Source: the human T2T-CHM13v2.0 reference genome, Homo sapiens
Assembly: GCF_009914755.1 (NCBI RefSeq)
Contig: NC_060942.1
Length of the DNA stretch: 64,000 nucleotides
Reading direction: 5' to 3' (one strand)
The translations under genes were made by a program, and so were the position numbers. The notes under the pieces were generated by a model that made no database searches, had not been told where the DNA came from, and saw only the letters and a program-made list of their open reading frames with translations. Positions 11,066-25,600 of the stretch are shown here, one piece after another. Numbering within the stretch: position 1 is the stretch's first letter; every line of letters starts with the position of its first letter.

Positions 11066-13442
11066 CATTCTCAGAAACTTGTTTGTGATGTGTGCCCTCT
11101 ACTGACAGAGTTGAACCTTTCTTTTCATAGAGCAGTTTTGAAACACTCTTTTTGTAGAATCTGCAAGAGGATATTTGCATAGCTTTGAGGATTTCGTGGG
11201 AAACGGGATTGTCTTCAGGTAAAATCTAGACAGAAGCATTCTCAGAAACTTCTTTGGGATGTTTGCATTCAAGTCACAGAGTAGAACATTCCCTTTGGTA
11301 GAGCAGGTTTGAAACACTCTTTTTATAGTATCTGGAAGTGGACATTTGGAGCGCTTTCAGGCCTATGTTGGAAAGGGAAATATCTTCCCGTAACAACTAG
11401 GCAGAAGCATTCTCAGAAACTTATTGGAGATGTGTGTACTCAACTAAGAGAATTGAACCACCGTTTTGAAGGAGCAGTTTTGAAACACTCTTTTTCTGGA
11501 ATCTGCAAGAGGATATTTGCCTAGCCTTGAGGATTTCGTTGGAAACGGGATTGTCTTCAGATCAAATCTAGACAGAAGCATTCTCAGAAACTTCTTTGGG
11601 ATGTTTGCATTCAAGTCACAGAGTAGAACATTCCCTTTGGTAGAGCAGGTTTGAAACACTCTTTTTGTAGTATCTGGAAGTGGACATTTGGAGCGCTTTC
11701 AGGCCTATGTTGGAAAGGGAAATATCTTCCCGTAACAACTAGGCAGAAGCATTCTCAGAAACTTATTTGAGATGTGTGTACTCAACTAAGAGAATTGAAC
11801 CACCGTTTTGAAGGAGCAGTTTTGAAACACTCTTTTTCTGGAATCTGCAAGAGGATATTTGCCTAGCCTTGAGGATTTCGTTGGAAACGGGATTGTCTTC
11901 AGATCAAATCTAGACAGAAGCATTCTCAGAAACTTCTTTGGGATGTTTGCATTCAAGTCACAGAGTAGAACATTCCCTTTGGTAGAGCAGGTTTGAAACA
12001 CCCTTTTTTTAGTATATGGAAGTGGACATTTGGAGCGCTTTCAGGTCTACGTTGGAAAAGGAAATATCTTCCCATAACAACTAGACAGAAGCATTCTCAG
12101 AAACTAGTTTCTGATGTGTGTCCTCAACTAACACAGTTGAACATTTCTTTAGACAGAACAGTTTTGAAACACTCTTTTTGTGGAATCTGCAAGTGGCTAT
12201 TTGGCTAGATTTGAGGATTTCGTTGGAAACGGGATTACATATAAAAAGCAGACAGCAGCATTCTCAGAAAGTTCTTTGTGATGATTGCATTCAAGTCACA
12301 GAATTGAACATTCCCTTTCACAGAGCAGGTTTGAAACACTCTTTTTGTAGTGTGTGTAAGTGGACATTTGGAGCACTTTCCGGCCTAAGGTGAAAAAGGA
12401 AATATCTTCCCATAAAAACTAGACAGAAGCACTCTCAGAAACTTACTCGTGATGTGTGTCCTCAACTAAAGGAGTAGAACCTTTCTTTTCATAGAGAAGT
12501 TTTGAAACGCTCTTTTTGTGGAATCTGCAAGTGGATATTTGGCTAGTTTTGAGGATTTCGTTGGAAGCGGGAATTCATACAAATTGCAGACTGCAGCGTT
12601 CTGAGAAACATCTTTGTGATGTTTGTATTCAGGACACAGAGTTGAACATTCCCTATCATAGAGCAGGTTTGAATCACTCCTTTTGTAGTATCTGGAAGTG
12701 GACATTTGGAGCGCTTTCAGGCCTATGTTGGAAAAGGAAATATCTTCCCATAACAACTAGACAGAAGCATTCTCAGAAACTTATTTGAGATGTGTGTACT
12801 CAACTAAGAGAATTGAACCACCGTTTTGAAGGAGCAGTTTTGAAACACTCTTTTTCTGGAATCTGCAAGTGGATATTTGGCTAGCTTTGGGGATTTCGCT
12901 GGAAGCGGGAATACATATAAAAAGCACACAGCAGCGTTCTGAGAAACTGCTTTCTGATGTTTGCATTCAAGTCAAAAGTTGAACACTCCCTTTCATAGAG
13001 CAGTCCTGAAACACTCCTTTTGTAGTATCTGGAACTGGACTTTTGGAGCGCTTTCAGGGCTAAGGTGAAAAAGGAAATATCTTCCCATAAAAACTGGACA
13101 GAAGCATTCTCAGAAACTTGTTTATGCTGTATCTACTCAACTAACAAAGTTGAACCTTTCTTTTGATAGAGCAGTTTTGAAATGCTCTTTTTGTGGAATC
13201 TGCAAGTGGATATTTGGCTAGTTTTGAGGATTTCGTTGGAAGCGGGAATTCATACAAATTGCAGACTGCAGCGTTCTGAGAAACATCTTTGTGATGTTTG
13301 TATTCAGGACAGAGTGTTGAACATTCCCTATCATAGAGCAGGTTGGAATCACTCCTTTTGTAGTATCTGGAAGTGGACATTTGGAGCGCTTTCAGGCCTA
13401 TGTTGAAAAAGGAAATATCTTCCCATAACAACTAGACACAAG
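11066..13442 (+). repeat. 14-mer HOR structural variant; dimer duplicated at 11408-11749 / 11750-12091
   Basis: Landmark spacing 9741 to 12118 = 2377 bp; duplicate ORFs at 11444 and 11786. Confidence 0.95.
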
Positions 13443-15422
13443 CATTCTCAGAAACTTGTTTGTGATGTGTGCCCTCTACTGACAGAGTTGAACCTTTCTT
13501 TTCATAGAGCAGTTTTGAAACACTCTTTTTGTAGAATCTGCAAGAGGATATTTGCATAGCTTTGAGGATTTCGTGGGAAACGGGATTGTCTTCAGGTAAA
13601 ATCTAGACAGAAGCATTCTCAGAAACTTCTTTGGGATGTTTGCATTCAAGTCACAGAGTAGAACATTCCCTTTGGTAGAGCAGGTTTGAAACACTCTTTT
13701 TATAGTATCTGGAAGTGGACATTTGGAGCGCTTTCAGGCCTATGTTGGAAAGGGAAATATCTTCCCGTAACAACTAGGCAGAAGCATTCTCAGAAACTTA
13801 TTGGAGATGTGTGTACTCAACTAAGAGAATTGAACCACCGTTTTGAAGGAGCAGTTTTGAAACACTCTTTTTCTGGAATCTGCAAGAGGATATTTGCCTA
13901 GCTTTGAGGATTTCGTTGGAAACGGGATTGTCTTCAGATCAAATCTAGACAGAAGCATTCTCAGAAACTTCTTTGGGATGTTTGCATTCAAGTCACAGAG
14001 TAGAACATTCCCTTTGGTAGAGCAGGTTTGAAACACTCTTTTTTTAGTATATGGAAGTGGACATTTGGAGCGCTTTCAGGCCTACGTTGGAAAAGGAAAT
14101 ATCTTCCCATAACAATTAGACAGAAGCATTCTCAGAAACTAGTTTCTGATGTGTGTCCTCAACTAACACAGTTGAACATTTCTTTAGACAGAACAGTTTT
14201 GAAACTCTCTTTTTGTGGAATCTGCAAGTGGCTATTTGGCTAGATTGGAGGATTTCGTTGGAAACGGGATTACATATAAAAAGCAGACAGCAGCATTCTC
14301 AGAACGTTCTTTGTGATGATTGCATTCAAGTCACAGAATTGAACATTCCCTTTCACAGAGCAGGTTTGAAACACTCTTTTTGTAGTGTGTGTAAGTGGAC
14401 ATTTGGAGCACTTTCCGGCCTAAGGTGAAAAAGGAAATATCTTCCCATAAAAACTAGACAGAAGCATTCTCAGAAACTTACTCGTGATGTGTGTCCTCAA
14501 CTAAAGGAGTAGAACCTTTCTTTTCATAGAGAAGTTTTGAAACGCTCTTTTTGTGGAATCTGCAAGTGGATATTTGGCTAGTTTTGAGGATTTCGTTGGA
14601 AGCGGGAATTCATACAAATTGCAGACTGCAGCGTTCTGAGAAACATCTTTGTGATGTTTGTATTCAGGACACAGAGTTGAACATTCCCTATCATAGAGCA
14701 GGTTTGAATCACTCCTTTTGTAGTATCTGGAAGTGGACATTTGGAGCGCTTTCAGGCCTATGTTGGAAAAGGAAATATCTTCCCATAACAACTAGACAGA
14801 AGCATTCTCAGAAACTTATTTGAGATGTGTGTACTCAACTAAGAGAATTGAACCACCGTTTTGAAGGAGCAGTTTTGAAACACTCTTTTTCTGGAATCTG
14901 CAAGTGGATATTTGGCTAGCTTTGGGGATTTCGCTGGAAGCGGGAATACATATAAAAAGCACACAGCAGCGTTCTGAGAAACTGCTTTCTGATGTTTGCA
15001 TTCAAGTCAAAAGTTGAACACTCCCTTTCACAGTGCAGTCCTGAAACACTCCTTTTGTAGTATCTGGAACTGGACTTTTGGAGCGCTTTCAGGGCTAAGG
15101 TGAAAAAGGAAATATCTTCCCATAAAAACTGGACAGAAGCATTCTCAGAAACTTGTTTATGCTGTATCTACTCAACTAACAAAGTTGAACCTTTCTTTTG
15201 ATAGAGCAGTTTTGAAATGCTCTTTTTGTGGAATCTGCAAGTGGATATTTGGCTAGTTTTGAGGATTTCGTTGGAAGCGGGAATTCATACAAATTGCAGA
15301 CTGCAGCGTTCTGAGAAACATCTTTGTGATGTTTGTATTCAGGACAGAGAGTTGAACATTCCCTATCATAGAGCAGGTTGGAATCACTCCTTTTGTAGTA
15401 TCTGGAAGTGGACATTTGGAGC

Positions 15423-15557
15423 ACTTTCCGGCCTAAGGTGAAAAAGGAAATATCTTCCCATAAAAACTAGACAGAAGCATTCTCAGAAACTTACTCGTGA
15501 TGTGTGTCCTCCACTAAATGAGTAGAACCTTTCTTTTCATAGAGAAGTTTTGAAACG
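15423..15557 (+). other. Hybrid-monomer tract (copy 2)
   Basis: Same tract as 8976-9110, including the private cctccactaaatgag; offset 6447 bp. Confidence 0.93.
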
Positions 15558-18500
15558 CTCCTTTTGTAGAATCTGCAAGAGGATATTTGCATAGCTTTGA
15601 GGATTTCGTGGGAAACGGGATTGTCTTCAGGTAAAATCTAGACAGAAGCATTCTCAGAAACTTCTTTGGGATGTTTGCATTCAAGTCACAGAGTAGAACA
15701 TTCCCTTTGGTAGAGCAGGTTTGAAACACTCTTTTTATAGTATCTGGAAGTGGACATTTGGAGCGCTTTCAGGCCTATGTTGGAAAGGGAAATATCTTCC
15801 CGTAACAACTAGGCAGAAGCATTCTCAGAAACTTATTGGAGATGTGTGTACTCAACTAAGAGAATTGAACCACCGTTTTGAAGGAGCAGTTTTGAAACAC
15901 TCTTTTTCTGGAATCTGCAAGAGGATATTTGCCTAGCTTTGAGGATTTCGTTGGAAACGGGATTGTCTTCAGATCAAATCTAGACAGAAGCATTCTCAGA
16001 AACTTCTTTGGGATGTTTGCATTCAAGTCACAGAGTAGAACATTCCCTTTGGTAGAGCAGGTTTGAAACACCCTTTTTTTAGTATATGGAAGTGGACATT
16101 TGGAGCGCTTTCAGGTCTACGTTGGAAAAGGAAATATCTTCCCATAACAACTAGACAGAAGCATTCTCAGAAACTAGTTTCTGATGTGTGTCCTCAACTA
16201 ACACAGTTGAACATTTCTTTAGACAGAACAGTTTTGAAACACTCTTTTTGTGGAATCTGCAAGTGGCTATTTGGCTAGATTTGAGGATTTCGTTGGAAAC
16301 GGGATTACATATAAAAAGCAGACAGCAGCATTCTCAGAAAGTTCTTTGTGATGATTGCATTCAAGTCACAGAATTGAACATTCCCTTTCACAGAGCAGGT
16401 TTGAAACACTCTTTTTGTAGTGTGTGTAAGTGGACATTTGGAGCACTTTCCGGCCTAAGGTGAAAAAGGAAATATCTTCCCATAAAAACTAGACAGAAGC
16501 ACTCTCAGAAACTTACTCGTGATGTGTGTCCTCAACTAAAGGAGTAGAACCTTTCTTTTCATAGAGAAGTTTTGAAACGCTCTTTTTGTGGAATCTGCAA
16601 GTGGATATTTGGCTAGTTTTGAGGATTTCGTTGGAAGCGGGAATTCATACAAATTGCAGACTGCAGCGTTCTGAGAAACATCTTTGTGATGTTTGTATTC
16701 AGGACACAGAGTTGAACATTCCCTATCATAGAGCAGGTTTGAATCACTCCTTTTGTAGTATCTGGAAGTGGACATTTGGAGCGCTTTCAGGCCTATGTTG
16801 GAAAAGGAAATATCTTCCCATAACAACTAGACAGAAGCATTCTCAGAAACTTATTTGAGATGTGTGTACTCAACTAAGAGAATTGAACCACCGTTTTGAA
16901 GGAGCAGTTTTGAAACACTCTTTTTCTGGAATCTGCAAGTGGATATTTGGCTAGCTTTGGGGATTTCGCTGGAAGCGGGAATACATATAAAAAGCACACA
17001 GCAGCGTTCTGAGAAACTGCTTTCTGATGTTTGCATTCAAGTCAAAAGTTGAACACTCCCTTTCATAGAGCAGTCCTGAAACACTCCTTTTGTAGTATCT
17101 GGAACTGGACTTTTGGAGCGCTTTCAGGGCTAAGGTGAAAAAGGAAATATCTTCCCATAAAAACTGGACAGAAGCATTCTCAGAAACTTGTTTATGCTGT
17201 ATCTACTCAACTAACAAAGTTGAACCTTTCTTTTGATAGAGCAGTTTTGAAATGCTCTTTTTGTGGAATCTGCAAGTGGATATTTGGCTAGTTTTGAGGA
17301 TTTCGTTGGAAGCGGGAATTCATACAAATTGCAGACTGCAGCGTTCTGAGAAACATCTTTTTGATGTTTGTATTCAGGACAGAGAGTTGAACATTCCCTA
17401 TCATAGAGCAGGTTGGAATCACTCCTTTTGTAGTATCTGGAAGTGGACATTTGGAGCGCTTTCAGGCCTATGTTGAAAAAGGAAATATCTTCCCATAACA
17501 ACTAGACACAAGCATTCTCAGAAACTTGTTGGTGATGTGTGCCCTCTACTGACAGAGTTGAACCTTTCTTTTCATAGAGCAGTTTTGAAACACTCTTTTT
17601 GTAGAATCTGCAAGAGGATATTTGCATAGCTTTGAGGATTTCGTGGGAAACGGGATTGTCTTCAGGTAAAATCTAGACAGAAGCATTCTCAGAAACTTCT
17701 TTGGGATGTTTGCATTCAAGTCACAGAGTAGAACATTCCCTTTGGTAGAGCAGGTTTGAAACACTCTTTTTATAGTATCTGGAAGTGGACATTTGGAGCG
17801 CTTTCAGGCCTATGTTGGAAAGGGTAATATCTTCCCGTAACAACTAGGCAGAAGCATTCTCAGAAACTTATTGGAGATGTGTGTACTCAACTAAGAGAAT
17901 TGAACCACCGTTTTGAAGGAGCAGTTTTGAAACACTCTTTTTCTGGAATCTGCAAGAGGATATTTGCCTAGCTTTGAGGATTTCGTTGGAAACGGGATTG
18001 TCTTCAGATCAAATCTAGACAGAAGCATTCTCAGAAACTTCTTTGGGATGTTTGCATTCAAGTCACAGAGTAGAACATTCCCTTTGGTAGAGCAGGTTTG
18101 AAACACTCTTTTTTTAGTATATGGAAGTGGACATTTGGAGCGCATTCAGGCCTACGTTGGAAAAGGAAATATCTTCCCATAACAATTAGACAGAAGCATT
18201 CTCAGAAACTAGTTTCTGATGTGTGTCCTCAACTAACACAGTTGAACATTTCTTTAGACAGAACAGTTTTGAAACTCTCTTTTTGTGGAATCTGCAAGTG
18301 GCTATTTGGCTAGATTTGAGGATTTCGTTGGAAACGGGATTACATATAAAAAGCAGACAGCAGCATTCTCAGAACGTTCTTTGTGATGATTGCATTCAAG
18401 TCACAGAATTGAACATTCCCTTTCACAGAGCAGGTTTGAAACACTCTTTTTGTAGTGTGTGTAAGTGGACATTTGGAGCACTTTCCGGCCTAAGGTGAAA

Positions 18501-19492
18501 AAGGAAATATCTTCCCATAAAAACTAGACAGAAGCATTCTCAGAAACTTACTCGTGATGTGTGTCCTCAACTAAAGGAGTAGAACCTTTCTTTTCATAGA
18601 GAAGTTTTGAAACGCTCTTTTTGTGGAATCTGCAAGTGGATATTTGGCTAGTTTGGAGGATTTCGTTGGAAGCGGGAATTCATACAAATTGCAGACTGCA
18701 GCGTTCTGAGAAACATCTTTGTGATGTTTGTATTCAGGACACAGAGTTGAACATTCCCTATCATAGAGCAGGTTTGAATCACTCCTTTTGTAGTATCTGG
18801 AAGTGGACATTTGGAGCGCTTTCAGGCCTATGTTGGAAAAGGAAATATCTTCCCATAACAACTAGACAGAAGCATTCTCAGAAACTTATTTGAGATGTGT
18901 GTACTCAACTAAGAGAATTGAACCACCGTTTTGAAGGAGCAGTTTTGAAACACTCTTTTTCTGGAATCTGCAAGTGGATATTTGGCTAGCTTTGGGGATT
19001 TCGCTGGAAGCGGGAATACATATAAAAAGCACACAGCAGCGTTCTGAGAAACTGCTTTCTGATGTTTGCATTCAAGTCAAAAGTTGAACACTCCCTTTCA
19101 TAGTGCAGTCCTGAAACACTCCTTTTGTAGTATCTGGAACTGGACTTTTGGAGCGCTTTCAGGGCTAAGGTGAAAAAGGAAATATCTTCCCATAAAAACT
19201 GGACAGAAGCATTCTCAGAAACTTGTTTATGCTGTATCTACTCAACTAACAAAGTTGAACCTTTCTTTTGATAGAGCAGTTTTGAAATGCTCTTTTTGTG
19301 GAATCTGCAAGTGGATATTTGGCTAGTTTTGAGGATTTCGTTGGAAGCGGGAATTCATACAAATTGCAGACTGCAGCGTTCTGAGAAACATCTTTGTGAT
19401 GTTTGTATTCAGGACAGAGAGTTGAACATTCCCTATCATAGAGCAGGTTGGAATCACTCCTTTTGTAGTATCTGGAAGTGGACATTTGGAGC

Positions 19493-19627
19493 ACTTTCCG
19501 GCCTAAGGTGAAAAAGGAAATATCTTCCCATAAAAACTAGACAGAAGCATTCTCAGAAACTTACTCGTGATGTGTGTCCTCCACTAAATGAGTAGAACCT
19601 TTCTTTTCATAGAGAAGTTTTGAAACG
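19493..19627 (+). other. Hybrid-monomer tract (copy 3)
   Basis: Same tract with the same private SNVs; offset 4070 bp from copy 2. Confidence 0.93.
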
Positions 19628-22600
19628 CTCTTTTTGTAGAATCTGCAAGAGGATATTTGCATAGCTTTGAGGATTTCGTGGGAAACGGGATTGTCTTCAG
19701 GTAAAATCTAGACAGAAGCATTCTCAGAAACTTCTTTGGGATGTTTGCATTCAAGTCACAGAGTAGAACATTCCCTTTGGTAGAGCAGGTTTGAAACACT
19801 CTTTTTATAGTATCTGGAAGTGGACATTTGGAGCGCTTTCAGGCCTATGTTGGAAAGGGAAATATCTTCGCGTAACAACTAGGCAGAAGCATTCTCAGAA
19901 ACTTATTGGAGATGTGTGTACTCAACTAAGAGAATTGAACCACCGTTTTGAAGGAGCAGTTTTGAAACACTCTTTTTCTGGAATCTGCAAGAGGATATTT
20001 GCCTAGCTTTGAGGATTTCGTTGGAAACGGGATTGTCTTCAGATCAAATCTAGACAGAAGCATTCTCAGAAACTTCTTTGGGATGTTTGCATTCAAGTCA
20101 CAGAGTAGAACATTCCCTTTGGTAGAGCAGGTTTGAAACACTCTTTTTTTAGTATATGGAAGTGGACATTTGGAGCGCTTTCAGGCCTACGTTGGAAAAG
20201 GAAATATCTTCCCATAACAATTAGACAGAAGCATTCTCAGAAACTAGTTTCTGATGTGTGTCCTCAACTAACACAGTTGAACATTTCTTTAGACAGAACA
20301 GTTTTGAAACTCTCTTTTTGTGGAATCTGCAAGTGGCTATTTGGCTAGATTTGAGGATTTCGTTGGAAACGGGATTACATATAAAAAGCAGACAGCAGCA
20401 TTCTCAGAACGTTCTTTGTGATGATTGCATTCAAGTCACAGAATTGAACATTCCCTTTCACAGAGCAGGTTTGAAACACTCTTTTTGTAGTGTGTGTAAG
20501 TGGACATTTGGAGCACTTTCCGGCCTAAGGTGAAAAAGGAAATATCTTCCCATAAAAACTAGACAGAAGCATTCTCAGAAACTTACTCGTGATGTGTGTC
20601 CTCAACTAAAGGAGTAGAACCTTTCTTTTCATAGAGAAGTTTTGAAACGCTCTTTTTGTGGAATCTGCAAGTGGATATTTGGCTAGTTTTGAGGATTTCG
20701 TTGGAAGCGGGAATTCATACAAATTGCAGACTGCAGCGTTCTGAGAAACATCTTTGTGATGTTTGTATTCAGGACACAGAGTTGAACATTCCCTATCATA
20801 GAGCAGGTTTGAATCATTCCTTTTGTAGTATCTGGAAGTGGACATTTGGAGCGCTTTCAGGCCTATGTTGGAAAAGGAAATATCTTCCCATAACAACTAG
20901 ACAGAAGCATTCTCAGAAACTTATTTGAGATGTGTGTACTCAACTAAGAGAATTGAACCACCGTTTTGAAGGAGCAGTTTTGAAACACTCTTTTTCTGGA
21001 ATCTGCAAGTGGATATTTGGCTAGCTTTGGGGATTTCGCTGGAAGCGGGAATACATATAAAAAGCACACAGCAGCGTTCTGAGAAACTGCTTTCTGATGT
21101 TTGCATTCAAGTCAAAAGTTGAACACTCCCTTTCATAGAGCAGTCCTGAAACACTCCTTTTGTAGTATCTGGAACTGGACTTTTGGAGCGCTTTCAGGGC
21201 TAAGGTGAAAAAGGAAATATCTTCCCATAAAAACTGGACAGAAGCATTCTCAGAAACTTGTTTATGCTGTATCTACTCAACTAACAAAGTTGAACCTTTC
21301 TTTTGATAGAGCAGTTTTGAAATGCTCTTTTTGTGGAATCTGCAAGTGGATATTTGGCTAGTTTTGAGGATTTCGTTGGAAGCGGGAATTCATACAAATT
21401 GCAGACTGCAGCGTTCTGAGAAACATCTTTGTGATGTTTGTATTCAGGACAGAGAGTTGAACATTCCCTATCATAGAGCAGGTTGGAATCACTCCTTTTG
21501 TAGTATCTGGAAGTGGACATTTGGAGCGCTTTCAGGCCTATGTTGAAAAAGGAAATATCTTCCCATAACAACTAGACACAAGCATTCTCAGAAACTTGTT
21601 TGTGATGTGTGCCCTCTACTGACAGAGTTGAACCTTTCTTTTCATAGAGCAGTTTTGAAACACTCTTTTTGTAGAATCTGCAAGAGGATATTTGCATAGC
21701 TTTGAGGATTTCGTGGGAAACGGGATTGTCTTCAGGTAAAATCTAGACAGAAGCATTCTCAGAAACTTCTTTGGGATGTTTGCATTCAAGTCACAGAGTA
21801 GAACATTCCCTTTGGTAGAGCAGGTTTGAAACACTCTTTTTGTACTATCTGGAAGTGGACATTTGGAGCGCTTTCAGGCCTATGTTGGAAAGGGAAATAT
21901 CTTCCCGTAACAACTAGGCAGAAGCATTCTCAGAAACTTATTTGAGATGTGTGTACTCAACTAAGAGAATTGAATCTCCGTTTTGAAGGAGCAGTTTTGA
22001 AACACTCTTTTTCTGGAATCTGCAAGAGGATATTTGCCTAGCCTTGAGGATTTCGTTGGAAACGGGATTGTCTTCAGATCAAATCTAGACAGAAGCATTC
22101 TCAGAAACTTCTTTGGGATGTTTGCATTCAAGTCACAGAGTAGAACATTCCCTTTGGTAGAGCAGGTTTGAAACACTCTTTTTTTAGTATATGGAAGTGG
22201 ACATTTGGAGCGCTTTCAGGCCTACGTTGGAAAAGGAAATATCTTCCCATAACAACTAGACAGAAGCATTCTCAGAAACTAGTTTCTGATGTGTGTCCTC
22301 AACTAACACAGTTGAACATTTCTTTAGACAGAACAGTTTTGAAACACTCTTTTTGTGGAATCTGCAAGTGGCTATTTGGCTAGATTTGAGGATTTCGTTG
22401 GAAACGGGATTACATATAAAAAGCAGACAGCAGCATTCTCAGAAAGTTCTTTGTGATGATTGCATTCAAGTCACAGAATTGAACATTCCCTTTCACAGAG
22501 CAGGTTTGAAACACTCTTTTTGTAGTGTGTGTAAGTGGACATTTGGAGCACTTTCCGGCCTAAGGTGAAAAAGGAAATATCTTCCCATAAAAACTAGACA

Positions 22601-25600
22601 GAAGCATTCTCAGAAACTTACTCGTGATGTGTGTCCTCAACTAAAGGAGTAGAACCTTTGTTTTCATAGAGAAGTTTTGAAACGCTCTTTTTGTGGAATC
22701 TGCAAGTGGATATTTGGCTAGTTTGGAGGATTTCGTTGGAAGCGGGAATTCATACAAATTGCAGACTGCAGCGTTCTGAGAAACATCTTTGTGATGTTTG
22801 TATTCAGGACACAGAGTTGAACATTCCCTATCATAGAGCAGGTTTGAATCACTCCTTTTGTAGTATCTGGAAGTGGACCTTTGGAGCGCTTTCAGGCCTA
22901 TGTTGGAAAAGGAAATATCTTCCCATAACAACTAGACAGAAGCATTCTCAGAAACTTATTTGAGATGTGTGTACTCAACTAAGAGAATTGAACCACCGTT
23001 TTGAAGGAGCAGTTTTGAAACACTCTTTTTCTGGAATCTGCAAGTGGATATTTGGCTAGCTTTGGGGATTTCGCTGGAAGCGGGAATACATATAAAAAGC
23101 ACACAGCAGCGTTCTGAGAAACTGCTTTCTGATGTTTGCATTCAAGTCAAAAGTTGAACACTCCCTTTCATAGTGCAGTCCTGAAACACTCCTTTTGTAG
23201 TATCTGGAACTGGACTTTTGGAGCGCTTTCAGGGCTAAGGTGAAAAAGGAAATATCTTCCCATAAAAACTGGACAGAAGCATTCTCAGAAACTTGTTTAT
23301 GCTGTATCTACTCAACTAACAAAGTTGAACCTTTCTTTTGATAGAGCAGTTTTGAAATGCTCTTTTTGTGGAATCTGCAAGTGGATATTTGGCTAGTTTT
23401 GAGGATTTCGTTGGAAGCGGGAATTCATACAAATTGCAGACTGCAGCGTTCTGAGAAACATCTTTGTGATGTTTGTATTCAGGACAGAGAGTTGAACATT
23501 CCCTATCATAGAGCAGGTTGGAATCACTCCTTTTGTAGTATCTGGAAGTGGACATTTGGAGCGCTTTCAGGCCTATGTTGAAAAAGGAAATATCTTCCCA
23601 TAACAACTAGACACAAGCATTCTCAGAAACTTGTTTGTGATGTGTGCCCTCTACTGACAGAGTTGAACCTTTCTTTTCATAGAGCAGTTTTGAAACACTC
23701 TTTTTGTAGAATCTGCAAGAGGATATTTGCATAGCTTTGAGGATTTCGTGGGAAACGGGATTGTCTTCAGGTAAAATATAGACAGAAGCATTCTCAGAAA
23801 CTTCTTTGGGATGTTTGCATTCAAGTCACAGAGTAGAACATTCCCTTTGGTAGAGCAGGTTTGAAACACTCTTTTTGTAGTATCTGGAAGTGGACATTTG
23901 GAGCGCTTTCAGGCCTATGTTGGAAAGGGAAATATCTTCCCGTAACAACTAGGCAGAAGCATTCTCAGAAACTTATTTGAGATGTGTGTACTCAACTAAG
24001 AGAATTGAATCACCGTTTTGAAGGAGCAGTTTTGAAACACTCTTTTTCTGGAATCTGCAAGAGGATATTTGCCTAGCCTTGAGGATTTCGTTGGAAACGG
24101 GATTGTCTTCAGATCAAATCTAGACAGAAGCATTCTCAGAAACTTCTTTGGGATGTTTGCATTCAAGTCACAGAGTAGAACATTCCCTTTGGTAGAGCAG
24201 GTTTGAAACACTCTTTTTTTAGTATATGGAAGTGGACATTTGGAGCGCTTTCAGGCCTACGTTGGAAAAGGAAATATCTTCCCATAACAACTAGACAGAA
24301 GCATTCTCAGAAACTAGTTTCTGATGTGTGTCCTCAACTAACACAGTTGAACATTTCTTTAGACAGAATAGTTTTGAAACACTCTTTTTGTGGAATCTGC
24401 AAGTGGCTATTTGGCTAGATTTGAGGATTTCGTTGGAAACGGGATTACATATAAAAAGCAGACAGCAGCATTCTCAGAAAGTTCTTTGTGATGATTGCAT
24501 TCAAGTCACAGAATTGAACATTCCCTTTCACAGAGCAGGTTTGAAACACTCTTTTTGTAGTGTGTGTAAGTGGACATTTGGAGCACTTTCCGGCCTAAGG
24601 TGAAAAAGGAAATATCTTCCCATAAAAACTAGACAGAAGCATTCTCAGAAACTTACTCGTGATGTGTGTCCTCAACTAAAGGAGTAGAACCTTTCTTTTC
24701 ATAGAGAAGTTTTGAAACGCTCTTTTTGTGGAATCTGCAAGTGGATATTTGGCTAGTTTGGAGGATTTCGTTGGAAGCGGGAATTCATACAAATTGCAGA
24801 CTGCAGCGTTCTGAGAAACATCTTTGTGATGTTTGTATTCAGGACACAGAGTTGAACATTCCCTATCATAGAGCAGGTTGGAATCACTCCTTTTGTAGTA
24901 TCTGGAAGTGGACATTTGGAGCGCTTTCAGGCCTATGTTGGAAAAGGAAATATCTTCCCATAACAACTAGACAGAAGCATTCTCAGAAACTTATTTGAGA
25001 TGTGTGTACTCAACTAAGAGAATTGAACCACCGTTTTGAAGGAGCAGTTTTGAAACACTCTTTTTCTGGAATCTGCAAGTGGATATTTGGCTAGCTTTGG
25101 GGATTTCGCTGGAGGCGGGAATACATATAAAAAGCACACAGCAGCGTTCTGAGAAACTGCTTTCTGATGTTTGCATTCAAGTCAAAAGTTGAACACTCCC
25201 TTTCATAGAGCAGTCCTGAAACACTCCTTTTGTAGTATCTGGAACTGGACTTTTGGAGCGCTTTCAGGGCTAAGGTGAAAAAGGAAATATCTTCCCATAA
25301 AAACTGGACAGAAGCATTCTCAGAAACTTGTTTATGCTGTATCTACTCAACTAACAAAGTTGAACCTTTCTTTTGATAGAGCAGTTTTGAAATGCTCTTT
25401 TTGTGGAATCTGCAAGTGGATATTTGGCTAGTTTTGAGGATTTCGTTGGAAGCGGGAATTCATACAAATTGCAGACTGCAGCGTTCTGAGAAACATCTTT
25501 GTGATGTTTGTATTCAGGACAGAGAGTTGAACATTCCCTATCATAGAGCAGGTTGGAATCACTCCTTTTGTAGTATCTGGAAGTGGACATTTGGAGCGCT

